From a virus (taxonomy: Duplodnaviria; Caudoviricetes): a stretch of 48,791 bases of DNA. Shown piece by piece: positions 9,901 to 20,200 of the stretch. Below the pieces are notes generated by a model. The model saw nothing but the letters and a program-made list of their open reading frames with translations. It did no database searches and had not been told where the DNA came from. The position numbers and the translations under genes were made by a program. Location: positions 1 to 48,791 of the IMG/VR virus record IMGVR_UViG_3300042528_000252; one strand, 5' to 3'. The first letter of the stretch is position 1; the number at the start of each line of letters is the position of its first letter.

Positions 9901-12440
9901 TAAGAGTTTATGATGATGGTGCTGGAACTTATGTTGGAATGAACGTTTCTAATGGTCAAGCAGAAGTAAACACTTGGACTACTGGAAAAATAGCATTTTA
10001 TAGAGGAACAACTCAGTCTGCAATTATAGATGCAAATGGCAATCTTGGTATAGGTACAAGTAGTCCTAATGCTAAATTAAGAGTTGTGGGTAATGTATGG
10101 GCTACTAATTTTACGGGTAGTTTTAGTGGTTCTATACCTCAATTATCTTCATATTTTAAACAAGGTGGTAATAGCTTTGGTACTACAGCTACACTTGGTA
10201 CAAACGATGCATCCGCACTTGCATTTGAAACCAATGGAAGTACCAGAATGACATTAGATACCAATGGAAATCTTGGTATAGGCACAAGCAGTCCATCTAG
10301 ACCATTTCATGTTTATTCAAGCAATAACGCACCTATTTTATTACAAGGTACTACAGCTGGTGCTTGGCTTGATTTTCAAAGTAGTACAAGTAATTTATTA
10401 TCTATTGGTGCGGATGGTACAAACGGAATTGGATTTTACAACAGAACTACGTCAACTAATTTAGTAACCATTAGTAATGGTGGCAACGTAGGTATAGGTA
10501 CGACAAGTCCAGCGGCATTATTGCAAGTAGGATACCAATATACAACTGCAGAAACATTAAGATTAGGAATAAGTTATTCTGTACTTAATACCGCAAGAGG
10601 AGCAATAACATGGCATGATAGTGCTAATATAACTGGTCAGATAGATACAAGATACGATGGTACAAGAACAAATATGTACTTTGGTAGCTTGTATAATAGT
10701 GGTTATACCTCTAACGTCTCCATGACTATTTTAGGTAGTGGTAACATAGGTATTGGTACTACAAGTCCTGCTACCAAGTTTGAAATGTTTGGTGGTAACA
10801 TGACATTAAAGATGACTGGGGTGACCACTGGTTCAATTCAATTTAAAAATAGCAGTGGTACAAAAATACAAGAAATAAGATATGATGATAGTGATGGTAG
10901 CATGACACTTGGTGGTGTTGGTTCATATCCAATTAAATTCATTACAAGTACCACTGAAAAAGTTAGAATTGCTGGGGATGGAAATGTTGGTATAGGCACA
11001 ACAAGTCCAACTTCCAAATTACATATAGTTACTACTGGTACAAATGATGGTATTATTTTGGATGGTTCTACAAATCCTATTTTTATTCATAGAACTTCAG
11101 GTAGTGATAGAACATATCTCGCAACAATAACAAACGCCGGAAGTTTTTTCACAGATGCAAATGCTTATGATTTTATAATTCGTAGTCAGACAAGCAATAT
11201 CTTATTAGGCAGAGGAAGTGGTGCTTCAACTATGGCTATTGTTGGTAGTAACGTTGGCATAGGCACAACGAGTCCAAGTCAATTATTACATATATCATCT
11301 ACAGGTACAGCAAAATTAAAGATTACGGCTGACACTGATAATGTCACCGAAACGGAAATTGGTGGAATAGAAATATCTCAAGATGGTGGTGTTACTACCT
11401 CTACTTTTACACACGATGATACTAATAATTTAGTAATCGGCGTAAACTCTACAACTGCTCCTAATATCTATATCGGAACGAGATCCGATGGTACTAGCTT
11501 TGTAACTGGAGCTGATGCAAAAATAACCATATTAAATAATGGTAATGTGGGTGTAGGTTTAACAGGTCCTACTCAAAAATTAGAAGTTGCTGGTTTGTCT
11601 ATGGCAGGAGCAGGATCATATAGAACCAGCATATATGGTGATAATGGTGGTGCTTATTTATATTTTGGTACTACTGCTAATCCATCTGTATTAGCAACTA
11701 TTGGTACATATGGATCTTTACTTAATATTGATAATAGTAACGGAGCTATTTCATTTAAAATTGTTGGAAGCGAAAAAGTCAGAATAGACACAAATGGTAA
11801 CCTAGGTATTGGCACAACAAATCCTGTTCAAAAATTACACGTATATAGTTCAGGTGGTGGATTTGAATTTAATCCTGGTTCTACCTGTGTTATTGAAGCA
11901 ATTGATAGAGCAAATACATCCGCAAATATCAATACTACCTACTATACAAGAGGTACTGGTTATTTTGCTTGGTATAATGGTAGTTACACCGAAAGAATGC
12001 GTATTATCAGTGATGGTAACGTAGGTATTGGAACTACAGCACCAGCTTATAAGTTGGAAGTAAATGGTAGTTTTGCTGCTTCAACCAAGAGTTTCAAAAT
12101 TGATCATCCTACAAAGCCAGGCAAGAAACTAGTATATGGTAGTTTGGAAAGTCCATATCATGGTATTCGTTTAACTGGTAAAGATACATTGGTTGGTGCT
12201 AAATGTGTAGTAAAATTACCAGATTATATATGTAAATTGGTAAGAGCTGAAAGTGTAACTATACAATTGACTGGAATAAAGTGCGGTAAAACACTATATA
12301 TAGATGATATTAATGTAGCTGAAAATTACTTTGTTGTTGCTTATGAAAAATCCATGCTTGAATTTAATAAGACTTATGAATTCTTCTGGGATTTTACAGC
12401 AATAAGAGCAGACGTACCAGAATTAATGACCGAAGTATAA
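6936..12440 (+). CDS. Giant modular tail-fibre/adhesin protein 2 with Gly-Thr/Ser-Ser triplet tracts
   Basis: Two (G-T/S-S)n tracts, about 13 GNVGIGT modules, C-terminal 'KSFKIDHP...LVYGSLESP' domain homologous to that of fibre 1. Confidence 0.85.
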   Translation: MRIDAPYIISPQMFGISAVTGSFTVKDDDLRVISGNIYINNNFRLYGTSSYAISASYALNGGGGGGSGTSGTSGLNGTSGLSGTSGTSGVSGTSGSSGTSGTDGLSGTSGLSGTSGTSGTSGTSGNSGSSGTSGSSGTSGSSGSSGTSGTNGSSGTSGTSGSSGLLALTGSTPNGVVTYNGYGNSATVQSNLRYSSNTLYVDGNLNVSGNSTFFSASYIYITSSHVIIGDNIITLNAFSPYKRFAGIEMHDSGSNAMASMLWDSYGNYFFVSGSTSTNSQNKFIVGPDNNSDLTTNFIPKATAGNKLGNSNIKDTGYTIQISTPVYITGSLKATSFTGSFSGSFKGRITASGISTYGDIIPLNPSASLGTEQFPFKSISVSSGSITLANADPLVSAVVLSNFGGNLEVSSGGIRLIQQNSSFIAPTGSFSYLSGTFKQVGNSIIVGNETISGLLSGSRLKINQITSSILNIDSLTTNSTGYYLTVDNTTGRVYKSTATAAGTSGTSGTSGAAGSSGTSGSGGTSGSSGTSGSSGTSGSSGLSGTSGINGTSGSSGTSGSSGTSGSSGTSGTSGTSGTSGVNGTSGSNGTSGTSGSSGSSGTSGINGTSGSNGSSGSSGTSGTSGINGTSGTSGTSGTSGTSGSSGTSGINGTSGSNGSSGSSGTSGTSGTSGSSGASGTSGSSGTSGTSGSAGTSGSSGASGSSGSAGSSGSAGSSGASVAVSGTTNTLVKFTSSTTIGNTTAPVFESNSNIGIGTTSPLARLHVVSGSIGGTAYPLYIDNNSGGAGTNIVGLGFANGGTMKHSITAAIYGNDYMAFNVGQGASYNQERVRINSVGNVGIGTSAVSEILDVYRANTGGWNPRIVARDGTNAAFIGSYSGQPGVFAHNNALSAWADLYLNTTSPTLPGASGKVFIGGNVGIGTTNPLARLHVSGSSTSLSAIFNGNVGIGTTNAVYRLQLGTLASFSTATPETLNLGGTYSNTAGANIKLRVYDDGAGTYVGMNVSNGQAEVNTWTTGKIAFYRGTTQSAIIDANGNLGIGTSSPNAKLRVVGNVWATNFTGSFSGSIPQLSSYFKQGGNSFGTTATLGTNDASALAFETNGSTRMTLDTNGNLGIGTSSPSRPFHVYSSNNAPILLQGTTAGAWLDFQSSTSNLLSIGADGTNGIGFYNRTTSTNLVTISNGGNVGIGTTSPAALLQVGYQYTTAETLRLGISYSVLNTARGAITWHDSANITGQIDTRYDGTRTNMYFGSLYNSGYTSNVSMTILGSGNIGIGTTSPATKFEMFGGNMTLKMTGVTTGSIQFKNSSGTKIQEIRYDDSDGSMTLGGVGSYPIKFITSTTEKVRIAGDGNVGIGTTSPTSKLHIVTTGTNDGIILDGSTNPIFIHRTSGSDRTYLATITNAGSFFTDANAYDFIIRSQTSNILLGRGSGASTMAIVGSNVGIGTTSPSQLLHISSTGTAKLKITADTDNVTETEIGGIEISQDGGVTTSTFTHDDTNNLVIGVNSTTAPNIYIGTRSDGTSFVTGADAKITILNNGNVGVGLTGPTQKLEVAGLSMAGAGSYRTSIYGDNGGAYLYFGTTANPSVLATIGTYGSLLNIDNSNGAISFKIVGSEKVRIDTNGNLGIGTTNPVQKLHVYSSGGGFEFNPGSTCVIEAIDRANTSANINTTYYTRGTGYFAWYNGSYTERMRIISDGNVGIGTTAPAYKLEVNGSFAASTKSFKIDHPTKPGKKLVYGSLESPYHGIRLTGKDTLVGAKCVVKLPDYICKLVRAESVTIQLTGIKCGKTLYIDDINVAENYFVVAYEKSMLEFNKTYEFFWDFTAIRADVPELMTEV
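7134..7427 (+). repeat. Coding 9-bp-unit repeat, (GTS/GSS)n tract 1
   Basis: ggtactagt/ggcacaagt/ggtagttca units; Gly every third residue. Confidence 0.9.
8436..9092 (+). repeat. Coding 9-bp-unit repeat, (GTS/GSS/GIN/GSA)n tract 2, with an exact 88-bp internal duplication
   Basis: Runs of ggaacaagt and ggttcaagt; 8719-8806 is identical to 8854-8941. Confidence 0.9.
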
Positions 12441-12444
12441 TAAT

Positions 12445-14016
12445 ATGTCAATTCAACACGCAAATAGAGGCATAGTAAAAAACAACTTGCAGTTGTATTA
12501 CAATCGTGAGTTTTCAAAATGTTTTAGAGGTGAAGCGACCACAAATTTAATTGGTACTTATGGAAACGGTGCAGTAAATTCGTATCCATCGGCCGGTAAT
12601 AATTGGGGAACTTATTATGCAAGATTACCATATGGCAATGGATCTTTTGCATCAATAGGAACTATCGCATCGGTATCTAGCAACATAATAACCATATCAT
12701 CTCCCACTTCTTATTTTAACAATCTTGCAACTTTTGATGTAATAAGACCTCAAACCACAGGTGGTGGACTTACAGCCAACACCGATTATTATTTCAGAAG
12801 ATTGTCATCAACAACTTTTACACTACATCAATACGATGGAACCAACGACGCATCAAAAACTCCAGAGCAAATATTGACTTATGTAAGTTCTGATACAAGA
12901 ATTAGTGTTAACGCCACAAATTTTCCTACAATGTGGTGGGGATATCCACATTTACCAAATTCAGCTTTAATTAAAACAGCTATAACCAATGGTTTTGCCT
13001 TTGATAATAGATGTCACGATTGTGTAAGATGGTATTGGTTTAGATCTGATGCGGGAGATGCTATGGCTTATAATGTTCAACCAAGTTATAGTGGAGGCCT
13101 TTCATATACTTTTAGTGCGTATATAAGAGCATCAGATCAAAATGCTATAGGTAAATCTTGTAGATTAGAAATATACTATGCCGGTCCAAATGTTGGTGGT
13201 CCAAATTTCACTTCGCCAACATTAACATCAAATTGGCAAAGATGGACTACGACATGGACGGTGAATTCAACACCAGGAAGCATAATATTTTATTTTTGGC
13301 CTAATTTTTTTCCGATGAATGTTGATATAGCAGAATTACAATTTGAACAAAAAGGTTATGCTACCGAATTTGCAGCTACTTCTAGATCTGCAAATACGTT
13401 TGCTGGTGGTGGCGGGTTAATAGACTTAAGTGGAAACAATTATACCGCAGATCTTACTAGTGCTGCCGTTTTATTTGATAGTGGCGGATTTTATTTTAAT
13501 GGTAATGCACAAGGTACTTTAACAACACCCGTCGCAAATTCTGTATTGGATGGATTAAGTAACAATAGTCATACATATGAATGTTGGTTTAAATTGTTAG
13601 GAACTCCTCCTGGATTATATGGTGGATATTTTTTTGGAAGACAGGGTTATCATAGTGGATTTTATCATGATAAAGGAACTCCAAATATTGTTTATGCAAC
13701 TACTTGGTATAACGATGTAACCGCAACAAATATTGGGGTAACTTTAAGTTTAAATACATGGTATCATGGTGTTTTCACAAATGATGTGGAAAATTCAAGT
13801 AGAAAATTATACATTAACGGAGTATTGAGAGATAGTGGAGCATTAACGAAACAATTGAGACAATATGCATCTACCACTCCATACTACATTGGTGCTGCAT
13901 CTACAGATTATGCTAGTAATAGTATTGTTTCCAGCGCGAGAGCTTACAATAGAGCATTAAGTGAGTCAGAAATATTACAAAATTTCAACGCAACCAGAGC
14001 AACTTATGGAGTCTAA
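12445..14016 (+). CDS. LamG-domain protein with a large inserted (carbohydrate-binding-like) region
   Basis: C-terminal LamG (DLSGN, TYECWF, WYH, LYING, YNRALSESEILQNFNA); insert carries YTFSAYIR..LTSNWQRW..QFEQK motifs. Confidence 0.75.
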   Translation: MSIQHANRGIVKNNLQLYYNREFSKCFRGEATTNLIGTYGNGAVNSYPSAGNNWGTYYARLPYGNGSFASIGTIASVSSNIITISSPTSYFNNLATFDVIRPQTTGGGLTANTDYYFRRLSSTTFTLHQYDGTNDASKTPEQILTYVSSDTRISVNATNFPTMWWGYPHLPNSALIKTAITNGFAFDNRCHDCVRWYWFRSDAGDAMAYNVQPSYSGGLSYTFSAYIRASDQNAIGKSCRLEIYYAGPNVGGPNFTSPTLTSNWQRWTTTWTVNSTPGSIIFYFWPNFFPMNVDIAELQFEQKGYATEFAATSRSANTFAGGGGLIDLSGNNYTADLTSAAVLFDSGGFYFNGNAQGTLTTPVANSVLDGLSNNSHTYECWFKLLGTPPGLYGGYFFGRQGYHSGFYHDKGTPNIVYATTWYNDVTATNIGVTLSLNTWYHGVFTNDVENSSRKLYINGVLRDSGALTKQLRQYASTTPYYIGAASTDYASNSIVSSARAYNRALSESEILQNFNATRATYGV

Positions 14017-14019
14017 AAT

Positions 14020-15228
14020 ATGAGTACATTAAATAATGGTCCACAAATAATTCAAAATGGTTTGGTGTTGAATTTAGATGCGGGAAATAGCGATAGTTAT
14101 TCAACCAATCGATTTCAATCTTTAGGCAGTGGAACTGTAACTGAAAACGTGAACTTTGCATTGCAAAGCGTGGCTGGTTTTCAAAGAATAGCTTTTGGAA
14201 CAGTAATAGGAGGTTATACAATAAAACCAACCGATGTAGTTTATAGTTACGCTTTAGGAACCAACGCATGTCATTTTCATGGAAATACAGCTCCAATTCC
14301 AAGTGGAGTATATGCTACATTTAGTGTTGATTATTTGGTAACGGGTGCAACTAATTATCCAAGCACAAATTTTCTCATAAATTTTGAAAATTATGGTGGA
14401 GGTGCATTGGGAGGATCGGCTGGAGTGGCTAATTCAGTACAAAACGTTTGGCAAAGAGCAACATTTACATCTGGACCAACTAGTAGTGCTGGATCACAGG
14501 CTATGTTTTTGTATCCAGGCGGATGTGGAACTAGATTAGCTGATAGCGGAACAATTTATTTCAGAAACCCAAAGGTAGAGTGGACAAACGTTGATACTGG
14601 AAATAGTACATTTAGTTCCACAAGTAATATCAGTATTTGGTATGATTTGAGTGTAAATGCAAATAATTGTACGTTAGTTAACGGGCCAAGTTCTAATTAC
14701 ATTAATAAAGGTGTTATTTTGTTTGATGGTGTTGATGACTATGGTTCTATTACAAATACAAATTCTCTTAGACCTACTACCGAATTAACTATTGAATTGG
14801 TTATAAAAGCAGTAACAACTACTGCTGGTTGGAATCATTTATTTGGTATAAATCCTTACGCATCATATAGTCCTCTTATATTTTTAGAAACAGGTGGTCA
14901 ATTGATTAGAGCTTTACACTTTATTGACGGAGTTGAATATAGATGTAATACCAACGAAACCATATCAACGTCAGTTTTTAAACATGTTGTTTTTACTTTT
15001 AAACCAGGAGATGCTATTAGAAGTTATTTTAACGGAGTGGCTTCTACAACATCTTCTATTCCAAATGGAACCTTAAGTTATAACACTTCTAATGCATATT
15101 TAGTTGCAACTGCTGGAGCTAGTTGGCCAAATGTACAATGTGGATTAATAAGAATGTATAATAGAGCATTAAGTCAATCAGAAATATCTCAAAATTATCA
15201 AGCTACAAAAACAAGATTTGGATTATAA
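14020..15228 (+). CDS. LamG-domain protein with inserted domain
   Basis: GLVLNLDAGN..SY [about 175-aa insert] WYDLS..FDGVDDY..YNRALSQSEISQNY..TRFGL. Confidence 0.8.
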   Translation: MSTLNNGPQIIQNGLVLNLDAGNSDSYSTNRFQSLGSGTVTENVNFALQSVAGFQRIAFGTVIGGYTIKPTDVVYSYALGTNACHFHGNTAPIPSGVYATFSVDYLVTGATNYPSTNFLINFENYGGGALGGSAGVANSVQNVWQRATFTSGPTSSAGSQAMFLYPGGCGTRLADSGTIYFRNPKVEWTNVDTGNSTFSSTSNISIWYDLSVNANNCTLVNGPSSNYINKGVILFDGVDDYGSITNTNSLRPTTELTIELVIKAVTTTAGWNHLFGINPYASYSPLIFLETGGQLIRALHFIDGVEYRCNTNETISTSVFKHVVFTFKPGDAIRSYFNGVASTTSSIPNGTLSYNTSNAYLVATAGASWPNVQCGLIRMYNRALSQSEISQNYQATKTRFGL

Positions 15229-15231
15229 TAT

Positions 15232-17235
15232 ATGGCACAAAATTATTCACCTCGTATAGTTCAAGATAGTTTGGTGATGTGTTTGGACGCATCACAAAAT
15301 AAATCATATCCAACCACAGATTTACCAGTAAAGGATGGTTTAGTCATGTGGATGGATGCGGCCGACGATACTACATTTAGTTATAGTTCAGGTACAACCG
15401 TGAGTCAATGGAGAGATAAAAGCGGATTTAATTATCATATGGTACCTGTTTCAGCAGGACCAACAAGAAATTCTTCTTTGGCATCAAGAAAAGTGTTGAC
15501 ATTTACTACAAGTCAACAAATATGGAATTCTTCAATTAATTTAGTAACTTCCGCTTATACAATATTTTGTGTTACCAGATTAACAGGAACAACTAACGCT
15601 AGAGTTTTAAGCACTCAGTACGTTCCGTCAACAGGAGGAAATTGGTTATTAGGGCATTGGTCTGGATATGTTAATCAATACTACGCAGAAGGATGGGTTT
15701 CAGGTCCATATGGAACTGCAGCAAATACTGCGTGGAATGTATTTATGGGAGATTGGAGTGGCAGTTCAACCGATTTAGCAAATTTGTACACTAACGGAAC
15801 TGCAATAACTACAAATTCTAATGGCGCAAATTCTGGTCCAATTGGATTGGGAGTTAATATAAATTCAGAAGTTTCTACGTGTGAATCGGCAGAAATAGTT
15901 GTATTTAATAGAGTTTTATCTGCAACAGAAAGAAGGTTGGTAGACACATATCTTGGGCAAAAGTGGGGTATACTAAATGCTGATAGAAATATTTTTGATT
16001 TGAGTGGATATGAAGATAATGGATTTTTGGGAGATGGTACCACCGCAAATATGCCACTTCTTGATTATTATAATAAAGGATCATTAAGATTTGATGGTAG
16101 TAATGATTACTTATCTGTTACCAGAACATTATCAGTTCCATTAACAATAAGTGGATTTATTAAATATGTGGATCAAAGTAAAGCTCTAAATACTTTTATA
16201 AATGGTCGTCCACATAATACTTTAGCAATATCATTAAATAGAAATGGATCTGGTAATTTACAAGTTTTTATTGGAAATGGATCTGCATGGTTAGGAACTC
16301 CATCAATTAATGCATCAATTACCTTATCAGTTGATACTTGGTATCATATAACTTTTACATGTGATGGATTAATATCAACACTTTATGTAAATGGTGTGAG
16401 TGTAGGAACGAGTGCAAATATACCATCTGGCTTCGGTAGTTATTTTTACTTAGGACATTTAACTGATAACGCATCTAATTCAGAATTTTTAAAAGGTAAT
16501 ATTGCAGCTGCACAATTATATACAACCGCATTATCTGCCGCTCAAGTGCTTCAAAACTATGAAGCTCAAAAATCAAAATTTGCAATTTCTTTGGTTCAAC
16601 AAGGATTGATATTAAATCTTGATGCTGGCAATCCATATAGCTACGCTGGTGCTGGAACAACTTGGTTTGATACCAGTGGAAATAGCTATAATTCTACATT
16701 AACAAATGGACCAACATATAGTAATGATAATGGTGGGGTTATAGCTTTTGATGGTGTAGATGATTATAGTGTTTCTTCAGTTGCATCAATTACAGATTCT
16801 AGTACCCTTGGATTGTGGATAAAAGCTGCGTCTTATGCTGGTAACAAAATTCCAATATCTATTGATGGAACAAATTATGGATCTGGTCCAAATTTGTATT
16901 TTACCAACAACGTTATTACGTGGAATATCGGAGATAGCGCTAATAATCCATTTTCAAATAGTTCATATCCAGATAGTAACTGGCACTATATAGTTGTTAC
17001 AAATGATTCATCAACCAACGCAAAATTATATATTGATGGTGTTTTGATTGGAACAGCTCTCTATAGATCAACTTTATCGTCAGGATCTAACAATTTTTGG
17101 ATAGCAAGATTCCATGGGGATAATAATTATACAATTAATGCTAGAATGGGTAGTATTCAACTATATAATAGAGTATTAACCGCAGCAGAAGTGTTACAAA
17201 ATTATAATGCTACAAAAGGTAGATTTGGACTATAA
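15232..17235 (+). CDS. Triple LamG-like protein (one domain nested inside another, plus a third in tandem)
   Basis: LDASQNKSYP [GLVMWMDAAD..SQWRDKSG..EIVVFNRVLS..YLGQKWG] IFDLSG..QNYEA, then a complete GLILNLDAGN..RFGL unit. Confidence 0.8.
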   Translation: MAQNYSPRIVQDSLVMCLDASQNKSYPTTDLPVKDGLVMWMDAADDTTFSYSSGTTVSQWRDKSGFNYHMVPVSAGPTRNSSLASRKVLTFTTSQQIWNSSINLVTSAYTIFCVTRLTGTTNARVLSTQYVPSTGGNWLLGHWSGYVNQYYAEGWVSGPYGTAANTAWNVFMGDWSGSSTDLANLYTNGTAITTNSNGANSGPIGLGVNINSEVSTCESAEIVVFNRVLSATERRLVDTYLGQKWGILNADRNIFDLSGYEDNGFLGDGTTANMPLLDYYNKGSLRFDGSNDYLSVTRTLSVPLTISGFIKYVDQSKALNTFINGRPHNTLAISLNRNGSGNLQVFIGNGSAWLGTPSINASITLSVDTWYHITFTCDGLISTLYVNGVSVGTSANIPSGFGSYFYLGHLTDNASNSEFLKGNIAAAQLYTTALSAAQVLQNYEAQKSKFAISLVQQGLILNLDAGNPYSYAGAGTTWFDTSGNSYNSTLTNGPTYSNDNGGVIAFDGVDDYSVSSVASITDSSTLGLWIKAASYAGNKIPISIDGTNYGSGPNLYFTNNVITWNIGDSANNPFSNSSYPDSNWHYIVVTNDSSTNAKLYIDGVLIGTALYRSTLSSGSNNFWIARFHGDNNYTINARMGSIQLYNRVLTAAEVLQNYNATKGRFGL

Positions 17236-17242
17236 TTAGTCT

Positions 17243-17251
17243 CTATTTATA
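17243..17251 (+). promoter_or_regulatory. Candidate phage late promoter CTATTTATA
   Basis: 6 nt upstream of ATG 17258, in a 22-nt intergenic gap. Confidence 0.6.
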
Positions 17252-17257
17252 TAACAT

Positions 17258-20200
17258 ATGGCAGATATCATAATAAATCCAGCTGTTGGTAAAATTGACT
17301 TCTTTTCAGTCAAAGGTGATAACGTAACTAATACTTTAAAGTTAACAGGCAATACCTTGCTTGTCACAGGTCCACTATCAGCAAGTTCCATATCAACTGG
17401 AGGCGGCGGAGCATTTGTAACATCAGTACAACCAACCGCCAATTATTTAAGCAAATTCACTGGAAATAGTACCATAGCAAATAGCTTAATATACGATAAT
17501 GCTACAAATATTGGTATCGGCACAAGCAGTCCATTATCAAGATTACATGTCAGTTCTACTACATCTGGTACTACTTTGTTAAGAGCAGATGGTACAAGTG
17601 GCACATTGTTTAGTGTAACTGACGATTTAAATGATAGTTTGATGAGCGTAAATAATAGCGCTGGTTTGCCAGTGTTTGAAGTATTTGCGGATGATAGAAT
17701 TGTAGGCGGACAATATGGAAGAAACGACTTTGTTATAGTTAATAATAAAGTTGGTATCGGCACAAACAATCCTATAGCAGAATTACATGTTACAAGTTCC
17801 ACATCGGTTCCATCAGCAGCATTTTTAGGTGGTAATGTTGGTGTAGGTACTACAAGTCCTATATATCCACTTGATATTCCAGCAGCTTCAGCTTTAACGC
17901 GTGTAGGTAGCGTATTAATTGGTTCTTGGCCAACCACAACATCTTTAGCAATGTTTGGTAATTCAGCTTTGGATCAAACAAACGCTGCAAACTATGCATT
18001 ATTACAATCAAATCAAGGTATAACATATTTAAATGCTGCGTCTGGTCAATCATTAAGATTAAGAATTGCTAATGCAGATAAACTTATAATTGATAGTGGT
18101 GGTAATGTAGGTATAGGTACCACATCATTTGTTTATGGTGCAGCTAATCGTGGATTGGTAGAACTTTATGGTAGTTCAGATGCATTATTAGCACTTAGAA
18201 ATAGTACTGGAAATTTATATATTCAAAAGACATCGGCAGATGTTTATATAAATAATACCAATTCAGGTATAATGTCTTTTGCTACTAGCAATGCGCAGAG
18301 AATGGTTATTTTCTCAGGTGGATCTGTATCATTTGGTTCCGCTGCTGACCTTCTTGGTTCGCCTGGAAATATTTATCTAAATGGTAATACAGGTAATGCG
18401 GCTGGTCCAGTAGTAGCATTTGGTCAATCTGATAGTGTTACAGGCGGTATTGGTCATTTAGCAAGAATAACTGGTGGTGGAACTTCGCAAGATATCTTTA
18501 TTCAGTCTCAAGGTGCAAGTAATAGTATTGGTTTAAATGCAAATCCGTCAGGTGCAGCAATTTATTTCCAAACACAAGGTGCTGAAAAAGCTCGTATCAC
18601 AGCAGCTGGTAATCTTGGCATAGGCACCAGCACTCCTGCTACAAAAGTAGATATATACGGACCTGTGTCTGTAAGAGGTACCACAGTAATAACCACCAAT
18701 TTTGATTTAAATGGTGGTAATGCTAATGATATTTATGGAAATATTAGAGTATTGAGAGGTGCATCGTTGAACGATGGTATGTATATCGGTTATGGTGGTG
18801 CTGGTGGTCCAATAAGATTTTATAGCAATAGCGGCACTACCGAATTTATGCAAATTGCTACAACAGGCAATGTTGGTATCGGTGCGACTTCTCCTTCATA
18901 TAAACTTGATATCAATAATGGTTCATCACAATTTGCTTTAAGATTACTTGGTTCAAGTTCTGATGGTCCAGTTATAAGATTTGAAAATACTGGTACTAGC
19001 GGAAGAATATACCACGTTGGTTCTACATTACCAACTTCAGGCGCTGGTGGTGGATTTAGTATTTATGATGTTACAGGTACAGCCTCAAGAATATTAATTG
19101 ATACTACTGGTAATGTTGGTATAAGCACAACGGGCCCTGTTGGAAAATTTGATGTTCGTCCCGATTCAAGTTGGTTACAATCTGAAGCATTTATAGTAGA
19201 TACCGATGGTAGTAATAACCCAAGAATTCGTTTATATAGACCAGATGGAGCAACTGCTACCACAGCATATCCAATTCATATTAGAAACGATTCTGGAAAT
19301 TTAAATATTTTAACAGGTAATGCCGCTGTGTTAGGATCTGAAACTGTTACTAGTAAGTTTTACTTTAAATCCGATGGTAATCTGGGTATAGGTACCACAA
19401 GTCCGAGTAACAAATTACACGTTTCAACCGGTACCCCAACATCTGTTACAACTCCACTTGCCAGCACTGCAATATTGATTGATAGTAATGGAGATCAGTA
19501 TCTTGAATTCAGAACAAGTGGCGCATCAAGTGGATATATGCAAGGTTCTGTATATACTGATAATGGTAGAAATGCTTTTATAGGATACAAAGAATATACA
19601 GGAGCAGTTGCGGGTACATATGGTGAAGCTATACATCTTGTTTACTATGATTATTCTGCTTCCGATAGTAATAATGGTTTATACATAGGGTCAAGTACAA
19701 CACCTGCCTCTGGAGTTAGCAATGTTCACGTATTTGTAAAAGGCAATGGTAATGTAGGTATAGGCACAACAAGTCCAATTGCTAAACTAGATGTAAATGG
19801 AACTTCAAATTTTGCAGCCAACGTATATCATTCTATCGGCGGACAAAAATTCTTTGCCGGTAGCGGTGGTACTTATGCTTACATATACACAGGTACAACA
19901 GCACTTAACTTTATAAATGGCAATGATACTAGTACCCTGATGACACTTTTGAATGGTGGTAGTGTTGGTATAGGCACAACAAGTCCACTAACAAAATTTG
20001 ATGTAAGAAGTGGTTATATAACTACTGGTACAGGTACATCTACAAGCGGTACTATAATGATGGGTGGTTATTATGGTGATGGTAATTTAACAATACTTGG
20101 TACTGAATATAGCAGTGGTGGTCCTGTGTTAGGATATGGAGTTACACCATCAACAACATCTGCTGGCGCATTTTTAAGTTCAACCGGTGTAAATGTATAT

